This document shows, one piece after another, positions 19,304 to 28,822 of a stretch of DNA of 63,479 bases; position 1 is the stretch's first letter; the number at the start of each line of letters is the position of its first letter. The stretch is from the NCBI GenBank assembly GCA_031411415.1, contig JANOBA010000022.1, positions 1 to 63,479 on the forward strand. The letters are read 5' to 3'. Below the pieces are notes generated by a model, which saw only the letters and a list, made by a program, of their open reading frames with translations, had not been told where the DNA came from and made no database searches. The translations under genes were made by a program, and so were the position numbers. The stretch is from Novosphingobium sp. GTDB taxonomy: Bacteria; Pseudomonadota; Alphaproteobacteria; Sphingomonadales; Sphingomonadaceae.

Positions 19304-20533
19304 TCAGAGGTTCGCGGTTGCGGTCAGCTCGGCGACGTTATCCCGCATGATCTTGCGCTTGTCATCCGCGTTGAAGCCTTCAACAGCCTCTAGGAAATCA
19401 AGCGGCCGTTCGACGCCCTCGACATGCGGCCAATCGCTGCCGAACAGGATGCGCTCGACCGGTATTACCTTGGTCAGATCGGCGACATTGTCTTCCCAGA
19501 ACGGCGTGACCCACATGTGTTCGTGGAACTGATCGACCGGGTTCTTCTGGTAGTAGCCCTTCGTTTGGGCATAGCCGCGATAGAGCCGCGTCAGCAACGG
19601 CGCGACCCAGGCGGCGCCGTTTTCAATCGAAGCCATGCGCAGACGCGGGAAGCGCTCGAAGACCTTGTGGCAGAAAATGGCGGCGAAGAAATCAGGGACC
19701 GCGCGCTGCGAGGTGACTGCCTTTTGCAACGGCGTAACATGGAAGCCCGAACGGTCGGCCCAAGGCTCCCACATGGCGCCGAGGAAGTCATAGCCGTCGT
19801 CGCCGGCATGCGGGGCAACGATCACGCCCGCTTCCTCGCAGCGTGCCCAGAAAGGATCGTATTCGGGGGCGCCGGGCGAGGTTGTGCCGGTCTTGGTATA
19901 GACCGGGCCGTTGCGCATCGAGACCAGCCTGGCGCCCTGCTTGATGCACCATTCGATTTCCTCGACCGCCCATGCGGGATCGGACAGGGTGATCACCGGC
20001 GCGGCGAACAGGCGGTTCTTGTAGGCAAAGCCCCAGTCTTCGGCGAGCCAGCGGTTGAAGGCGCGGATCGTTGCTGCCGCCGCTTCGTGGTCTGGCCGGT
20101 AGCTGACTTCCAGCGTCACTGCGAGCGTCGGGAACAGCCATGATGCGCCAATGCCCTGTTCGTCCATCACCATCAGACGCGCGTCGCGGTCGCGGTATTC
20201 GGGGCGGATCGGTTCGAGATCGCCCATCACGTCGGCCAGGCTCTTGCCACCCTCCTTGGCGGCGAAATAGTCGTGGGCGCAGCCGGGCCGGGCTATCGGG
20301 TCGAAGGTCGGGTTGGGGATATAGGTATAGAGCTTGCCGCCGAGCATCAGCCGCTTGCGCCCGTTCATCTCGATCCACTGCGCGCCGCGCCGCCGCCATT
20401 CCTTGGGCAAGTGGCGGGTCAGCGCGTCTTCTGCCTCATAATAGTGGCTGTCTGCATCGAATGGCGCATAACCCAGTTCGGGCGTGATCCGGACATCGGG
20501 AGAGGTGAACCTCTCGATGATGGCAGTGGACAT
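19304..20533 (-). CDS. Amidohydrolase_2 family protein
   Basis: DADSHYYE, MDEQGI, VFERFPRLR, IENG, LFGSDWPH. Confidence 0.88.
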   Translation of the reverse strand: MSTAIIERFTSPDVRITPELGYAPFDADSHYYEAEDALTRHLPKEWRRRGAQWIEMNGRKRLMLGGKLYTYIPNPTFDPIARPGCAHDYFAAKEGGKSLADVMGDLEPIRPEYRDRDARLMVMDEQGIGASWLFPTLAVTLEVSYRPDHEAAAATIRAFNRWLAEDWGFAYKNRLFAAPVITLSDPAWAVEEIEWCIKQGARLVSMRNGPVYTKTGTTSPGAPEYDPFWARCEEAGVIVAPHAGDDGYDFLGAMWEPWADRSGFHVTPLQKAVTSQRAVPDFFAAIFCHKVFERFPRLRMASIENGAAWVAPLLTRLYRGYAQTKGYYQKNPVDQFHEHMWVTPFWEDNVADLTKVIPVERILFGSDWPHVEGVERPLDFLEAVEGFNADDKRKIMRDNVAELTATANL

Positions 20534-20566
20534 GGAGCGTCTCCGTGCTGGGCAATCCTGGCGCTG

Positions 20567-21418
20567 TCAGGTTGGCAGTTTCAACAATTTCCGGGCATTG
20601 CCCGACAGGAATTTCGGCCAGACTTCATCCTTCAGCGGCAGCTGGTCAAGCTCGCGGAAAATGCGCTCCAGTTCCAGCCCGAAGGGATAATAGCCGGCAT
20701 AGAGCACTTTGTCGGCGCCGCGACTGTTGGCGAAATCGATGATCGCTTTGGGATAGTATTTCGGCGCGAAGCCTGAGGTCGAGTAATAGAGATTGGGCCA
20801 TTTCAGCAACAGCTTCACCGCCAGTTCCTCCCATGGTTCGGCGCCGTGGCGCATCACCAGCTTCAGCTCGGGGAAGTCATAGCACACCTCGTCGAGATGG
20901 CCGGGGTATTGCGCCATCATCTTGACGCGTGGCCCCGGCACGCCGGTGGCGGCGAACACCACCAGATCGAGCTCGATACATTTCGCGTAAACTGGATACC
21001 ACAATTTGTCGTTGATCGGAATTTGCGGGCTGACGCCTGACGGAACGATATAGACACAGCGGATGTCATGTTCGTCCTTCGCGCGCACGATCGCGCGGAC
21101 CGCGTCCATCCCCTTGTTGCCGTCGACTGCGATGCCGGCGACAAAACGTTTCGGATGTCGGCGCAGCGCTTCGGGGGTGCGTTCATCGGTCAGGCTAATC
21201 AGGCCATATTCGATGCCGTACTGGTCCATATAGCGCAGAGTTTCATCGACCGAGGCCATCGGATCATCAACCGCACGCCGCTTTGCCGGAATATCGTTAA
21301 ACATATAACCATGCGGCTGGCTGCCTTCTTCGGTCAGGCGCATGGCCGCCATCGCAATCGGCTTGTCCAGCCGAAAACCTATGCATGTGTCGATAATCCC
21401 GGTGGAAAACGTTCGCAT
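20567..21418 (-). CDS. Amidohydrolase_2 family protein, short type with degenerate metal motif
   Basis: YPVYAKC, FPELKLVMRHG, SGFAPKYYP, KFLSGNARKL. Confidence 0.8.
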   Translation of the reverse strand: MRTFSTGIIDTCIGFRLDKPIAMAAMRLTEEGSQPHGYMFNDIPAKRRAVDDPMASVDETLRYMDQYGIEYGLISLTDERTPEALRRHPKRFVAGIAVDGNKGMDAVRAIVRAKDEHDIRCVYIVPSGVSPQIPINDKLWYPVYAKCIELDLVVFAATGVPGPRVKMMAQYPGHLDEVCYDFPELKLVMRHGAEPWEELAVKLLLKWPNLYYSTSGFAPKYYPKAIIDFANSRGADKVLYAGYYPFGLELERIFRELDQLPLKDEVWPKFLSGNARKLLKLPT

Positions 21419-21465
21419 TTTGCTGCCGCCCAGCCAGGTAAAGGTTCGAATTTCTGAGCAACCTG

Positions 21466-21478
21466 TCTACCTGATTGA
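21466..21478. promoter_or_regulatory. Candidate island operator copy (TCTACCTGATTGA)
   Basis: Exact 13-bp reverse complement of 45035-45047, in a divergent promoter region. Confidence 0.55.
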
Positions 21479-21636
21479 ATGGGGTGTCAAGATGTTGCGG
21501 GCGGGCGCCGTTGCTTCCGATACAAAGCTTCGGATATGGCACCCGGGGAAACGACTTGCGCACCGCCCATGAACTGCGCATCGCTGCGTCTGGCGAATTT
21601 CAGGCTACTCAGTGACGCCGAAATGGGAGATTTTAA

Positions 21637-22659
21637 ATGCAGGTTCCATTTGTCTGCGGGCCCGGTGATCTGCGCCTGCTTGATGTCGAACTGCCGCTGC
21701 CGGGACCTTGCGATGTCGTGCTGCGCGTCGGCAGCGTCGGCATCTGTGGCAGCGATCTGGGTTTTGTCGCCATGGGCGGCTTAACGGGGCCGACCGACCA
21801 GCCATTCCCGATCGGCCATGAACTGGCAGGCACGGTTCAGGCAGTGGGCGAGGAGGTCCGCAGGTTCCGGGTGGGTGACCGGGTTGTGGTCAATCCGCTG
21901 GTCAATCTGATCGGCAATGGCGCGGCTGAGGGCGGGTTTGCGCCGGAGTTGCTGATCCGCGATGTCGTGGCCCGGCCGGAATCGCTGTTGCCGCTGCCCG
22001 ACAATGTCTCGCTCGACGCAGGAGCGCTGATCGAGCCGCTGGCGGTGGCAACCCATGCGATCAATCAACTCGGCGCGAAGGTGGGCGACAAAGTCGCGAT
22101 CTTTGGTACTGGTCCGATCGGGCTGGCCTCGATTGTGGTGCTGCGCCATCGCGGGATCGAAGATATCGTGGCTTTTGACCTGTCGCCCTTTCGCCGCGAG
22201 CGGGCGCTGGCGCTGGGCGCCCGCGCGGCCTTTGACCCCCGCGAAAACCCTGCTCGGGAAACTCTTCTGGCGGAGCATGGCGAGGTTAGCGTTTTCCGCC
22301 GGGCGTCGCCCGCAACAACGCATTACATCGAAGCATCGGGCGCGCCGGTGATCCCCGATATCGTGTCGTTTGCGCGCAGCGGCGCGGCGATTTGTATCAT
22401 CGCCGTTCAGAAGAAGCCTGTGCCCGTCGATTTCGTCACGGTGATGTCGAAAGAGCTGAAACTGGTTGGCTCGCTCGGCTACCCTTCCGAATTCGGCGAA
22501 GTGCTGGAAATGCTGGCTTGCGGCAAGGTCGACCTCTCGCCGCTCATCAGCCACCGCTTCTCCGGCGAAAATTTCATGGATGCATTTGCACTAGCGGGCC
22601 AGCCCGACAAGTCAGCCAAAGTGCTGGTGCGATATGACGCGGCAGGCGCGACCGCCTAA
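21637..22659 (+). CDS. Zinc-dependent medium-chain alcohol dehydrogenase
   Basis: GICGSD, GHELAG, IEPLAV, GTGPIG. Confidence 0.92.
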   Translation: MQVPFVCGPGDLRLLDVELPLPGPCDVVLRVGSVGICGSDLGFVAMGGLTGPTDQPFPIGHELAGTVQAVGEEVRRFRVGDRVVVNPLVNLIGNGAAEGGFAPELLIRDVVARPESLLPLPDNVSLDAGALIEPLAVATHAINQLGAKVGDKVAIFGTGPIGLASIVVLRHRGIEDIVAFDLSPFRRERALALGARAAFDPRENPARETLLAEHGEVSVFRRASPATTHYIEASGAPVIPDIVSFARSGAAICIIAVQKKPVPVDFVTVMSKELKLVGSLGYPSEFGEVLEMLACGKVDLSPLISHRFSGENFMDAFALAGQPDKSAKVLVRYDAAGATA

Positions 22660-23690
22660 CCGGCGACGATATCCGCCATCAGCCGCATTGCTTCCTCGCT
22701 GGTATTGGTCAGACGCAGAATAGTGAACCCGGCGTCGCCCCAAGCCGGGAAGCGCTGCCTGATCCGGGCTGGCGGACCATAGAGCGCTGCTTCGTCAAGA
22801 TAATCGTCGGGCACGGCGGCTTCCGTCTCTTGCTTGCGGCCGGCCAGATAAAGTTCCTGAATGCGATCGGCCTCGGCGCCAAAGCCCCGGTCAACCATCG
22901 CCTGCTTGTGGAAGTTCTGCTCCTTTGAGCCCATGCCGCCGACATAGAGCGCGGTAAACTTGCGGGCATCGGCCATCGCCGCGCTGACGTCGTCGGTAAT
23001 GACTACGCGCACATTGCTGACGATCTCGAAGTCCTTGCGCGTTTTACCGTCTCTGCGCTTCGCCAGGCCTTCTTCCAGATACCTGATCTTGCCGGGCAGG
23101 TTGTGCGGCGTGGTGTGCATTGCGACGAGGCCATCGGTGATTTCGCCGGTCAACCGCAGGTTGCCGGGCGTGTTGGCGCCGAGCATCACCGGGATGTTCG
23201 GATTGCCGTGGAGGATGGATTTGAGCGGCTTGGCGAGGCCGGTCGCGCCCGGGCCGTCATAGGGAATGCGGATCTCGGCGCCATCATGCTCCAGCGGCGC
23301 TTCGCGGGTCCAGACTTTGCGCATGATCGCCACATAGTCCCGAATCCGCGCGGCGGGCTTGCCCCAGGGCTGGCCATACCAGCCCTCAACCACTTGCGGA
23401 TTGGAAACGCCAAGCCCGATGATCATGCGGCCTTCGCCGATCAGTGCATCGGCGGTCTGCGCGGTCATGGCAAGGCTGGTGGGCGTGCGCGCCGCCAGTT
23501 GGGCAATGCCGGTGCCTAGCCTGATCCTCTTGGTCAGTGCGCCGATATAGACCAGAGGCGAGATCGCATCAGATCCATAGGCTTCGGCGGACCAGACAGA
23601 ATCGAAGCCAAGTTCTTCGGCCAGCAGAATTGTGCCCATCGGCAGTGCGAGCTGAGCACCACTGTAGCCGAGATCGATTCCGAGCTTCAT
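22656..23690 (-). CDS. LLM-class (luciferase-like) oxidoreductase resembling the putatively F420-dependent Rv3520c-type family
   Basis: AEELGFDSVWSAEAYGSDA, ARTPT, GLGVSNPQVVEGWYG, ALYVGGMG...NFH. Confidence 0.85.
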   Translation of the reverse strand: MKLGIDLGYSGAQLALPMGTILLAEELGFDSVWSAEAYGSDAISPLVYIGALTKRIRLGTGIAQLAARTPTSLAMTAQTADALIGEGRMIIGLGVSNPQVVEGWYGQPWGKPAARIRDYVAIMRKVWTREAPLEHDGAEIRIPYDGPGATGLAKPLKSILHGNPNIPVMLGANTPGNLRLTGEITDGLVAMHTTPHNLPGKIRYLEEGLAKRRDGKTRKDFEIVSNVRVVITDDVSAAMADARKFTALYVGGMGSKEQNFHKQAMVDRGFGAEADRIQELYLAGRKQETEAAVPDDYLDEAALYGPPARIRQRFPAWGDAGFTILRLTNTSEEAMRLMADIVAG

Positions 23691-23708
23691 GAAATGTGTG
23701 TCCCGAGG

Positions 23709-24509
23709 TTAGAACTGCGTACCACCGTCGCAATTGATCACTGCCCCGGTCAGATAGCCGGCGCGTGACGAGAGCAGGAACGCGAAGAGGTCGGCGATTT
23801 CGCCGGAAAGGCCAACGCGCCCCATGGCAACATTCATCTTCCAGTCCTCGACCATCGCTTTGCTCAGCGCTTCCAATGGCGGGAGGCCGTATTTCTCGGC
23901 TGCCTGCTGCTGGATGCCAAGCGTAGATTCCGTGGCGATGAAGCCGGGGCACACGGTGTTGGCGCGAACCCCCTGCGCGCCATAGGTCAGCGCGATATTC
24001 TTGGTCAGGCTGGCGACAGCGGCCTTCATCGTCGCATAGCCCATCAGCGGCGGTTTCTGCGCGCGGATCGAATAGGCCGCAGTGTTGACGATGGACCCGC
24101 CGCCCGCCGCCAGAATGTGGGGCAATGCGGCGCGGCAGGCGCGCACGGTTGTCATCACATGGACCTGGAAATATTCCTCCCAGACCTCGTCTTCCAGTTC
24201 CAGCAGGGTCTTGCGCGTCTGCATTGTGCCGGCGGTTACGGCCAGCCCGTCGAGACGACCGAAATGCTTGATGACCTCGGCAATCGCGTCGTCCATCGCG
24301 CCTTTCACTGTGCCGTCAGCCACCACCATGCGCACGTCCGATCCGGTTTCCGCCGCCATTGCTTTGGCACGCGCCTCGCCCCGCTCCCGGCCTCGGCCGA
24401 TCAACGCCACGCCGGCACCTTCAGCGGCGAGCAGGCGCGCGGTGTCGTGACCCATCCCGCCAGCGCCGCCAACCAGCGCGAAAACCTTGCCTTTGATCCC
24501 CAGATCCAT
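23709..24509 (-). CDS. Short-chain dehydrogenase/reductase
   Basis: GGAGGMG, YATMK, NTVCPG, DGG. Confidence 0.92.
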   Translation of the reverse strand: MDLGIKGKVFALVGGAGGMGHDTARLLAAEGAGVALIGRGRERGEARAKAMAAETGSDVRMVVADGTVKGAMDDAIAEVIKHFGRLDGLAVTAGTMQTRKTLLELEDEVWEEYFQVHVMTTVRACRAALPHILAAGGGSIVNTAAYSIRAQKPPLMGYATMKAAVASLTKNIALTYGAQGVRANTVCPGFIATESTLGIQQQAAEKYGLPPLEALSKAMVEDWKMNVAMGRVGLSGEIADLFAFLLSSRAGYLTGAVINCDGGTQF

Positions 24510-24533
24510 TGCTTGCCTCTCTCTTATCGCTGT

Positions 24534-26093
24534 TCAGGCCGCAGCGGCCGGCATCGTCTGCCAATAGTGATCACGCAGCTGTTTCTTCATCATCTTGCCG
24601 GTGGGATCGCGGGGCAGTTCATCTGCGAAATCGATCGACCGGGGGCATTTGAGCGAGGCGAGCTGGTTTTTGCACCATGCGATGAGTTCTGCTTCGAGTT
24701 CGGGCCCGGCCGCAATGCCGAGGGCTGGCTGGATCACTGCCTTGACCTGTTCACCCATGTCAGGATCGGGCACGCCGAACACCGCAACGTCGGCGACCTT
24801 GGGGTGCATGGTCAGGAGGTTTTCGGCTTCCTGCGGATAGATAATGACCCCGCCGCAGATGATCATGAAGGCGCGGCGATCAGACAGGAACAGATAGCCA
24901 TCCTCATCAATGTGGCCGATGTCGCCGAACGTCGCCCAGTTGGCTTGGGTCGGATGGCGACTGTCGCGCGTCTTGGCGTCGTCGCCCAGATAGTCGAACC
25001 CGGCGTTGCCCTCGAAGAAGATTGTCCCGGTTTCACCAGGGGCCAGCTCCTGCCCATCCTCGCCGCAGATGTGAATCGTGCCCAGCATCGATTTGCCGAC
25101 CGAGCCCGGTTTCTTCAGCCAATCATGGCTGTCGATCATGGTCGAGCCGGCATTTTCGGTGCCGCCATAGATTTCGAAGAGCACCGGCCCCCACCAGTCG
25201 ATCATCGCGCGCTTGACGTCGACCGGGCAGGGTGCCGCCGAATGCAGGGCGAGCTTGATCGAGGACATATCGTAGCGGGCACGCACTTCTTCCGGCAGTT
25301 TCAGCATGCGCGTGAACATGGTTGGCACGAATTGCCCGCGCACCACGCCATGGCGCTCGATCCCGGCCAGTACTTGTTCTGCATCGAACTTTTCGAACAC
25401 CAGGACTGTGGCACCAAGCTTGAGCTCGGCCAGGACGAAATGCAGCGGGCCGGTATGATAGAGCGGTGCCGTCGCCATAAAGACGGTGCCCGGCTTGGTT
25501 GCAAAGAGATGGCGGTGCATCAGCTGCAGCGAGTCCTCGCTGTCGTAAGCCTGCTCCTGCAACGGACGATGCACGCCCTTTGGCTGGCCGGTGGTGCCTG
25601 ACGAATAGATCATTGTTTGCCCAGCCGACTGATCGGCAATCGGGGTGCCGGGCAGGGCGGCTGCGGCCGCTTCCCAGCGTCCGGCGCCCGGCAGATCGCC
25701 GCAGATGGCGAATACCCGTTCGACCTTTGGGCATAGCGTCGCAAAATCGCGGGCCAGCTCTGCGGCATGAGCGCCGATGCTAGCGTCGATGATGAGGATA
25801 CGGGCGCCGCAGTTGCGCACGATATAGGCGGCTTCCGGCGCAGTCAGTTTGGACGCAATCGGGCACATGTAGAGCCCTGATCGCTGCATGGTGAAGGCCA
25901 GTTCCAGATAGCGCGGATTGTTGCCCGACCAGATGGCGAACACATCGCCGCGCTTGAGCCCGAGCTGGCGCAATAGATGCGCGCTCTGGTTCGACGCACG
26001 CTCAAGCTCGGCAAATGTTACCGTCTCCCCGGAGCCAGCCATCTGGATTGCGATGCTGTCCGGCGTCTCGCGCGCCCAGTGGTCTATGAACAT
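24534..26093 (-). CDS. Acyl-CoA synthetase
   Basis: YSSGTTGQPKG, APLYH, YGGTE, TFGDIG, PRDPTGK. Start MFIDHWARE with GGAGAG RBS. Confidence 0.92.
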   Translation of the reverse strand: MFIDHWARETPDSIAIQMAGSGETVTFAELERASNQSAHLLRQLGLKRGDVFAIWSGNNPRYLELAFTMQRSGLYMCPIASKLTAPEAAYIVRNCGARILIIDASIGAHAAELARDFATLCPKVERVFAICGDLPGAGRWEAAAAALPGTPIADQSAGQTMIYSSGTTGQPKGVHRPLQEQAYDSEDSLQLMHRHLFATKPGTVFMATAPLYHTGPLHFVLAELKLGATVLVFEKFDAEQVLAGIERHGVVRGQFVPTMFTRMLKLPEEVRARYDMSSIKLALHSAAPCPVDVKRAMIDWWGPVLFEIYGGTENAGSTMIDSHDWLKKPGSVGKSMLGTIHICGEDGQELAPGETGTIFFEGNAGFDYLGDDAKTRDSRHPTQANWATFGDIGHIDEDGYLFLSDRRAFMIICGGVIIYPQEAENLLTMHPKVADVAVFGVPDPDMGEQVKAVIQPALGIAAGPELEAELIAWCKNQLASLKCPRSIDFADELPRDPTGKMMKKQLRDHYWQTMPAAAA

Positions 26094-26304
26094 CCAGTCT
26101 CTCCGTATGCAACCGGCAAGCCGTGCCGCTTTACCCTCCGGACCATAACGATCGCCATCAGTAAGACGATTGTGGCGCAGATGGCAAGCTGGTGGCGGTG
26201 TGTTTGTCACCGGACTGATATCTGCGCTGGCCGTGCAGAGATTGTGTGACAGCTGCGGCCTGGCCATGCGAAATATCAGATGTCAGGGTTGCGTGGGCTG
26301 CCCA

Positions 26305-26320
26305 CATATGTAACTGATTG
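26305..26320. promoter_or_regulatory. Candidate island operator copy (CATATGTAACTGATTG)
   Basis: In the divergent ligase/crotonase intergenic region. Shares TAACTGATTG with the 47745 copy. Confidence 0.5.
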
Positions 26321-26371
26321 GGCGCTGGCAAAGACGCGGCTTTGCATTGTTTGTATCCAGGAGCGATTTGG

Positions 26372-27280
26372 GTGAGCGACAAGAACGCGGCAGGCAAGGA
26401 AGAGATTGCGCAGGAGGATCTCAGCGAGGCGGTGCTCTATGAAGTCGTCGAGGATCATATCTGCCTGATCACGCTGAACCGTCCGAAGCGCCGCAATGCC
26501 ATCGTCACGCCCGACATGAACCTGATGCTCGCCGACTGTCTTGAACGGGCGCAGGATGATGACCGCGTCAAGGTCGTGGTGTTGAAGGCCAATGGCCCTG
26601 ATTTCTGCGCCGGAGAAGATACGCGGCGCGTGCCCGCCGAATCCTTCGGTTTGAAGAAGGGCTCTCGCATCCCGCAGTCCGTGCGGATGCGTGAAATGCG
26701 CAAGACCTATGAATCGATGCAGAAAGGCCTGATCTGGGGCGACAAGGTGGTGATCGCCGCCTGCCAGGGCAATGTCATGGGGCTGGGCTTTTCCTATGCC
26801 CTCGCCTGCGACATGATGGTTTGCGCCGACGATGCCCGCTTTGCCCGGCGGCAGGCACGGATCGGGTTTGCCGCTTTCGAAGGGCAGATGCCGATTGCCT
26901 TGCTCAAGCTGGGCCTCAACCGCGGCATGGAAGTTCTGCTCACCGGCCGGACGTTGACTGCGCAGGAGCTGAAGGATTGGGGCGTGGCCAATTCGGTGGT
27001 TCCGCCCCAACAGCTGGAAGCCGAAGCGATGCGCTATGCGCGCGCTGTTGCGGCGCTATCGACCGACGGCCTGATGCTGGGCAAGCGGGCGCTGCACCAG
27101 TTCCTGCATGGGGTCGGCATGGCGTCCTACCAGAACTTCGCCAGCGTCGGCCATCCGCTGTTCACCAATCTGGTCTGGCGCGAGGACGAGTATAACTTCC
27201 TCAAGGAGCGCAACGCCGACGGCAACAAGGAAGCCTGGGCCAAGCTCAACAAGCCGTTCAGCGACAACGGCTTCGATTGA
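26372..27280 (+). CDS. Crotonase family protein, non-canonical catalytic residues
   Basis: ITLNRPKRRNA, FCAGED, KVVIAACQG, LLTGR. GTG start after AGGAG. Confidence 0.85.
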   Translation: MSDKNAAGKEEIAQEDLSEAVLYEVVEDHICLITLNRPKRRNAIVTPDMNLMLADCLERAQDDDRVKVVVLKANGPDFCAGEDTRRVPAESFGLKKGSRIPQSVRMREMRKTYESMQKGLIWGDKVVIAACQGNVMGLGFSYALACDMMVCADDARFARRQARIGFAAFEGQMPIALLKLGLNRGMEVLLTGRTLTAQELKDWGVANSVVPPQQLEAEAMRYARAVAALSTDGLMLGKRALHQFLHGVGMASYQNFASVGHPLFTNLVWREDEYNFLKERNADGNKEAWAKLNKPFSDNGFD

Positions 27281-27346
27281 TTTTTAGCCTGCATCCGGCC
27301 TCTTTGCGGAGAAATCGCCCGCCCGAATTCGATGAGAGGAAATGCC

Positions 27347-27718
27347 ATGGCCGTCCGCACCCCGCGCGAGCTGATCAACCTTTATTGGGAAGAAATCTGG
27401 AACAAGGGCAATGTCGAATTGATCCGGGAGATTTGCGCTGACCCGATGATCCGCCACACCACAGGACCAGTCGAACGGCTCAGCCACGAACAGCAGATCG
27501 AGCGGGTCGGCTCCATTGTCGAAAAGATGAAGCCGCGCTTCACCCACGAAGTGCTGGTGGCGGACGACACTTATGCCAGTTCGGTCTGGAACATGTTCAG
27601 CGAGTCCGAAAAGATACCTCGCATGAGTGGGATCGAAACGTTCAAAGCGGAAAACGGCCGCCTCACCGAATGCTGGAACCCACCTTATGGTTTTGCGCTG
27701 TGGGATGGGGCGGAATAA
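27347..27718 (+). CDS. SnoaL-like/NTF2 small protein
   Basis: YWEEIWNKGNVELIREI...SGIETFKAENGRLTECW. Confidence 0.8.
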   Translation: MAVRTPRELINLYWEEIWNKGNVELIREICADPMIRHTTGPVERLSHEQQIERVGSIVEKMKPRFTHEVLVADDTYASSVWNMFSESEKIPRMSGIETFKAENGRLTECWNPPYGFALWDGAE

Positions 27719-27719
27719 G

Positions 27720-28787
27720 GTGTTGGACCCGTTGGCCGGTCTCGATACGGTCTGGCTGCGGGCTGTTCTGGGGCGGGCGGGGCACGACAGCGCGGCAATT
27801 GAGTTGATTTGCGCCGAGCCTGTTGGAGTTGGCAATACCAGCGAGGTGGCGCGACTGACTCTCGATGGCCAACCGGCAACACTGCGGCCGACCCTGATCG
27901 CCAAAGTGCCGCGCCTGATGCCCGACGGCAGCGCGCCGCCTGCCGAGCTGTTCGGCTATGATCGCGAGGTTGCGGCCTATCAGGCCTTCGGACAAGAGCC
28001 CGCCTTTCGCATCCCGCGCTGCTTCGCGGCCGAACAGGATGCGGGCGGTTTCTGTCTGCTGCTGGAAGACCTTGGCGCGGCCAGCCGTCCCGGCGACCAG
28101 ATCGCCGGTTGCGATGTGGCCGATGCCCAGGCGGTAGTGGCCGAGCTTACCGCACTGCACGCCTGCTATTGGCAATCTGCGGAAGTCGCGGCGCTGGACT
28201 GGCCCTACCGGCGGTGGTGTCATGCCGATCGCACCAGTACCCTGTTTGCCGCTGGCGCTGCGGAGATGCGCGCGCGCTATGCCAGCCATCTGGATGAGGC
28301 CGCGCTGGCCCTGATCGACGCAGCCGTGCCGTTGATCCGCGACTGGGCCGCGACCAAGCCCTTTGCGCCGACACTGATTCATGCCGATCCCCGCGTCGAC
28401 AACGTCATATTTGAACAAGGCGGGCGTGCCTGCCTGATTGACCTGCAATCGATCTCGCTTGGCGATGCCGCCTTCGATCTCGCCTATTTTCTCACCGGTA
28501 GTCTGGAGCCGGCCGATCGCGCAGCTTGCGAAACTCAGCTGGTGCGTGCCCATGCCGCTGCGATCCGCACGATTGATGCGGCATACGATGACGATACCGC
28601 GTGGCGCCGCTACCGCCAGTTCGCGATTTGTGGCCTGGTTGGCACGGTCAATGCCGCGGGTGTGCTGGGGGAGCGCAGCAACGTGCCGCAAATCGCCGCC
28701 TTGGCACGCCGCAACTGCGCTGCCGTAAGCGCGCTGGACGGGATAGCCGCCGCCCGTGATCGCATCGCTGAAGGCGCGGGGCGATGA
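27720..28787 (+). CDS. APH/choline-kinase/EcKinase-like phosphotransferase
   Basis: LIAK, REVAAY, LLLEDL, TLIHADPRVDN, LIDLQ, DLAYFL. Start uncertain. Confidence 0.85.
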   Translation: MLDPLAGLDTVWLRAVLGRAGHDSAAIELICAEPVGVGNTSEVARLTLDGQPATLRPTLIAKVPRLMPDGSAPPAELFGYDREVAAYQAFGQEPAFRIPRCFAAEQDAGGFCLLLEDLGAASRPGDQIAGCDVADAQAVVAELTALHACYWQSAEVAALDWPYRRWCHADRTSTLFAAGAAEMRARYASHLDEAALALIDAAVPLIRDWAATKPFAPTLIHADPRVDNVIFEQGGRACLIDLQSISLGDAAFDLAYFLTGSLEPADRAACETQLVRAHAAAIRTIDAAYDDDTAWRRYRQFAICGLVGTVNAAGVLGERSNVPQIAALARRNCAAVSALDGIAAARDRIAEGAGR

Positions 28788-28822
28788 GCCGGTGCCGCCA
28801 ATCCAGAAAATCGGAATAGCCG

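Noticed and set aside
27720-28787. Phosphotransferase as an aminoglycoside resistance gene
   Set aside because: Only the generic APH/choline-kinase fold motifs are present. Its length and operon context point to metabolism.
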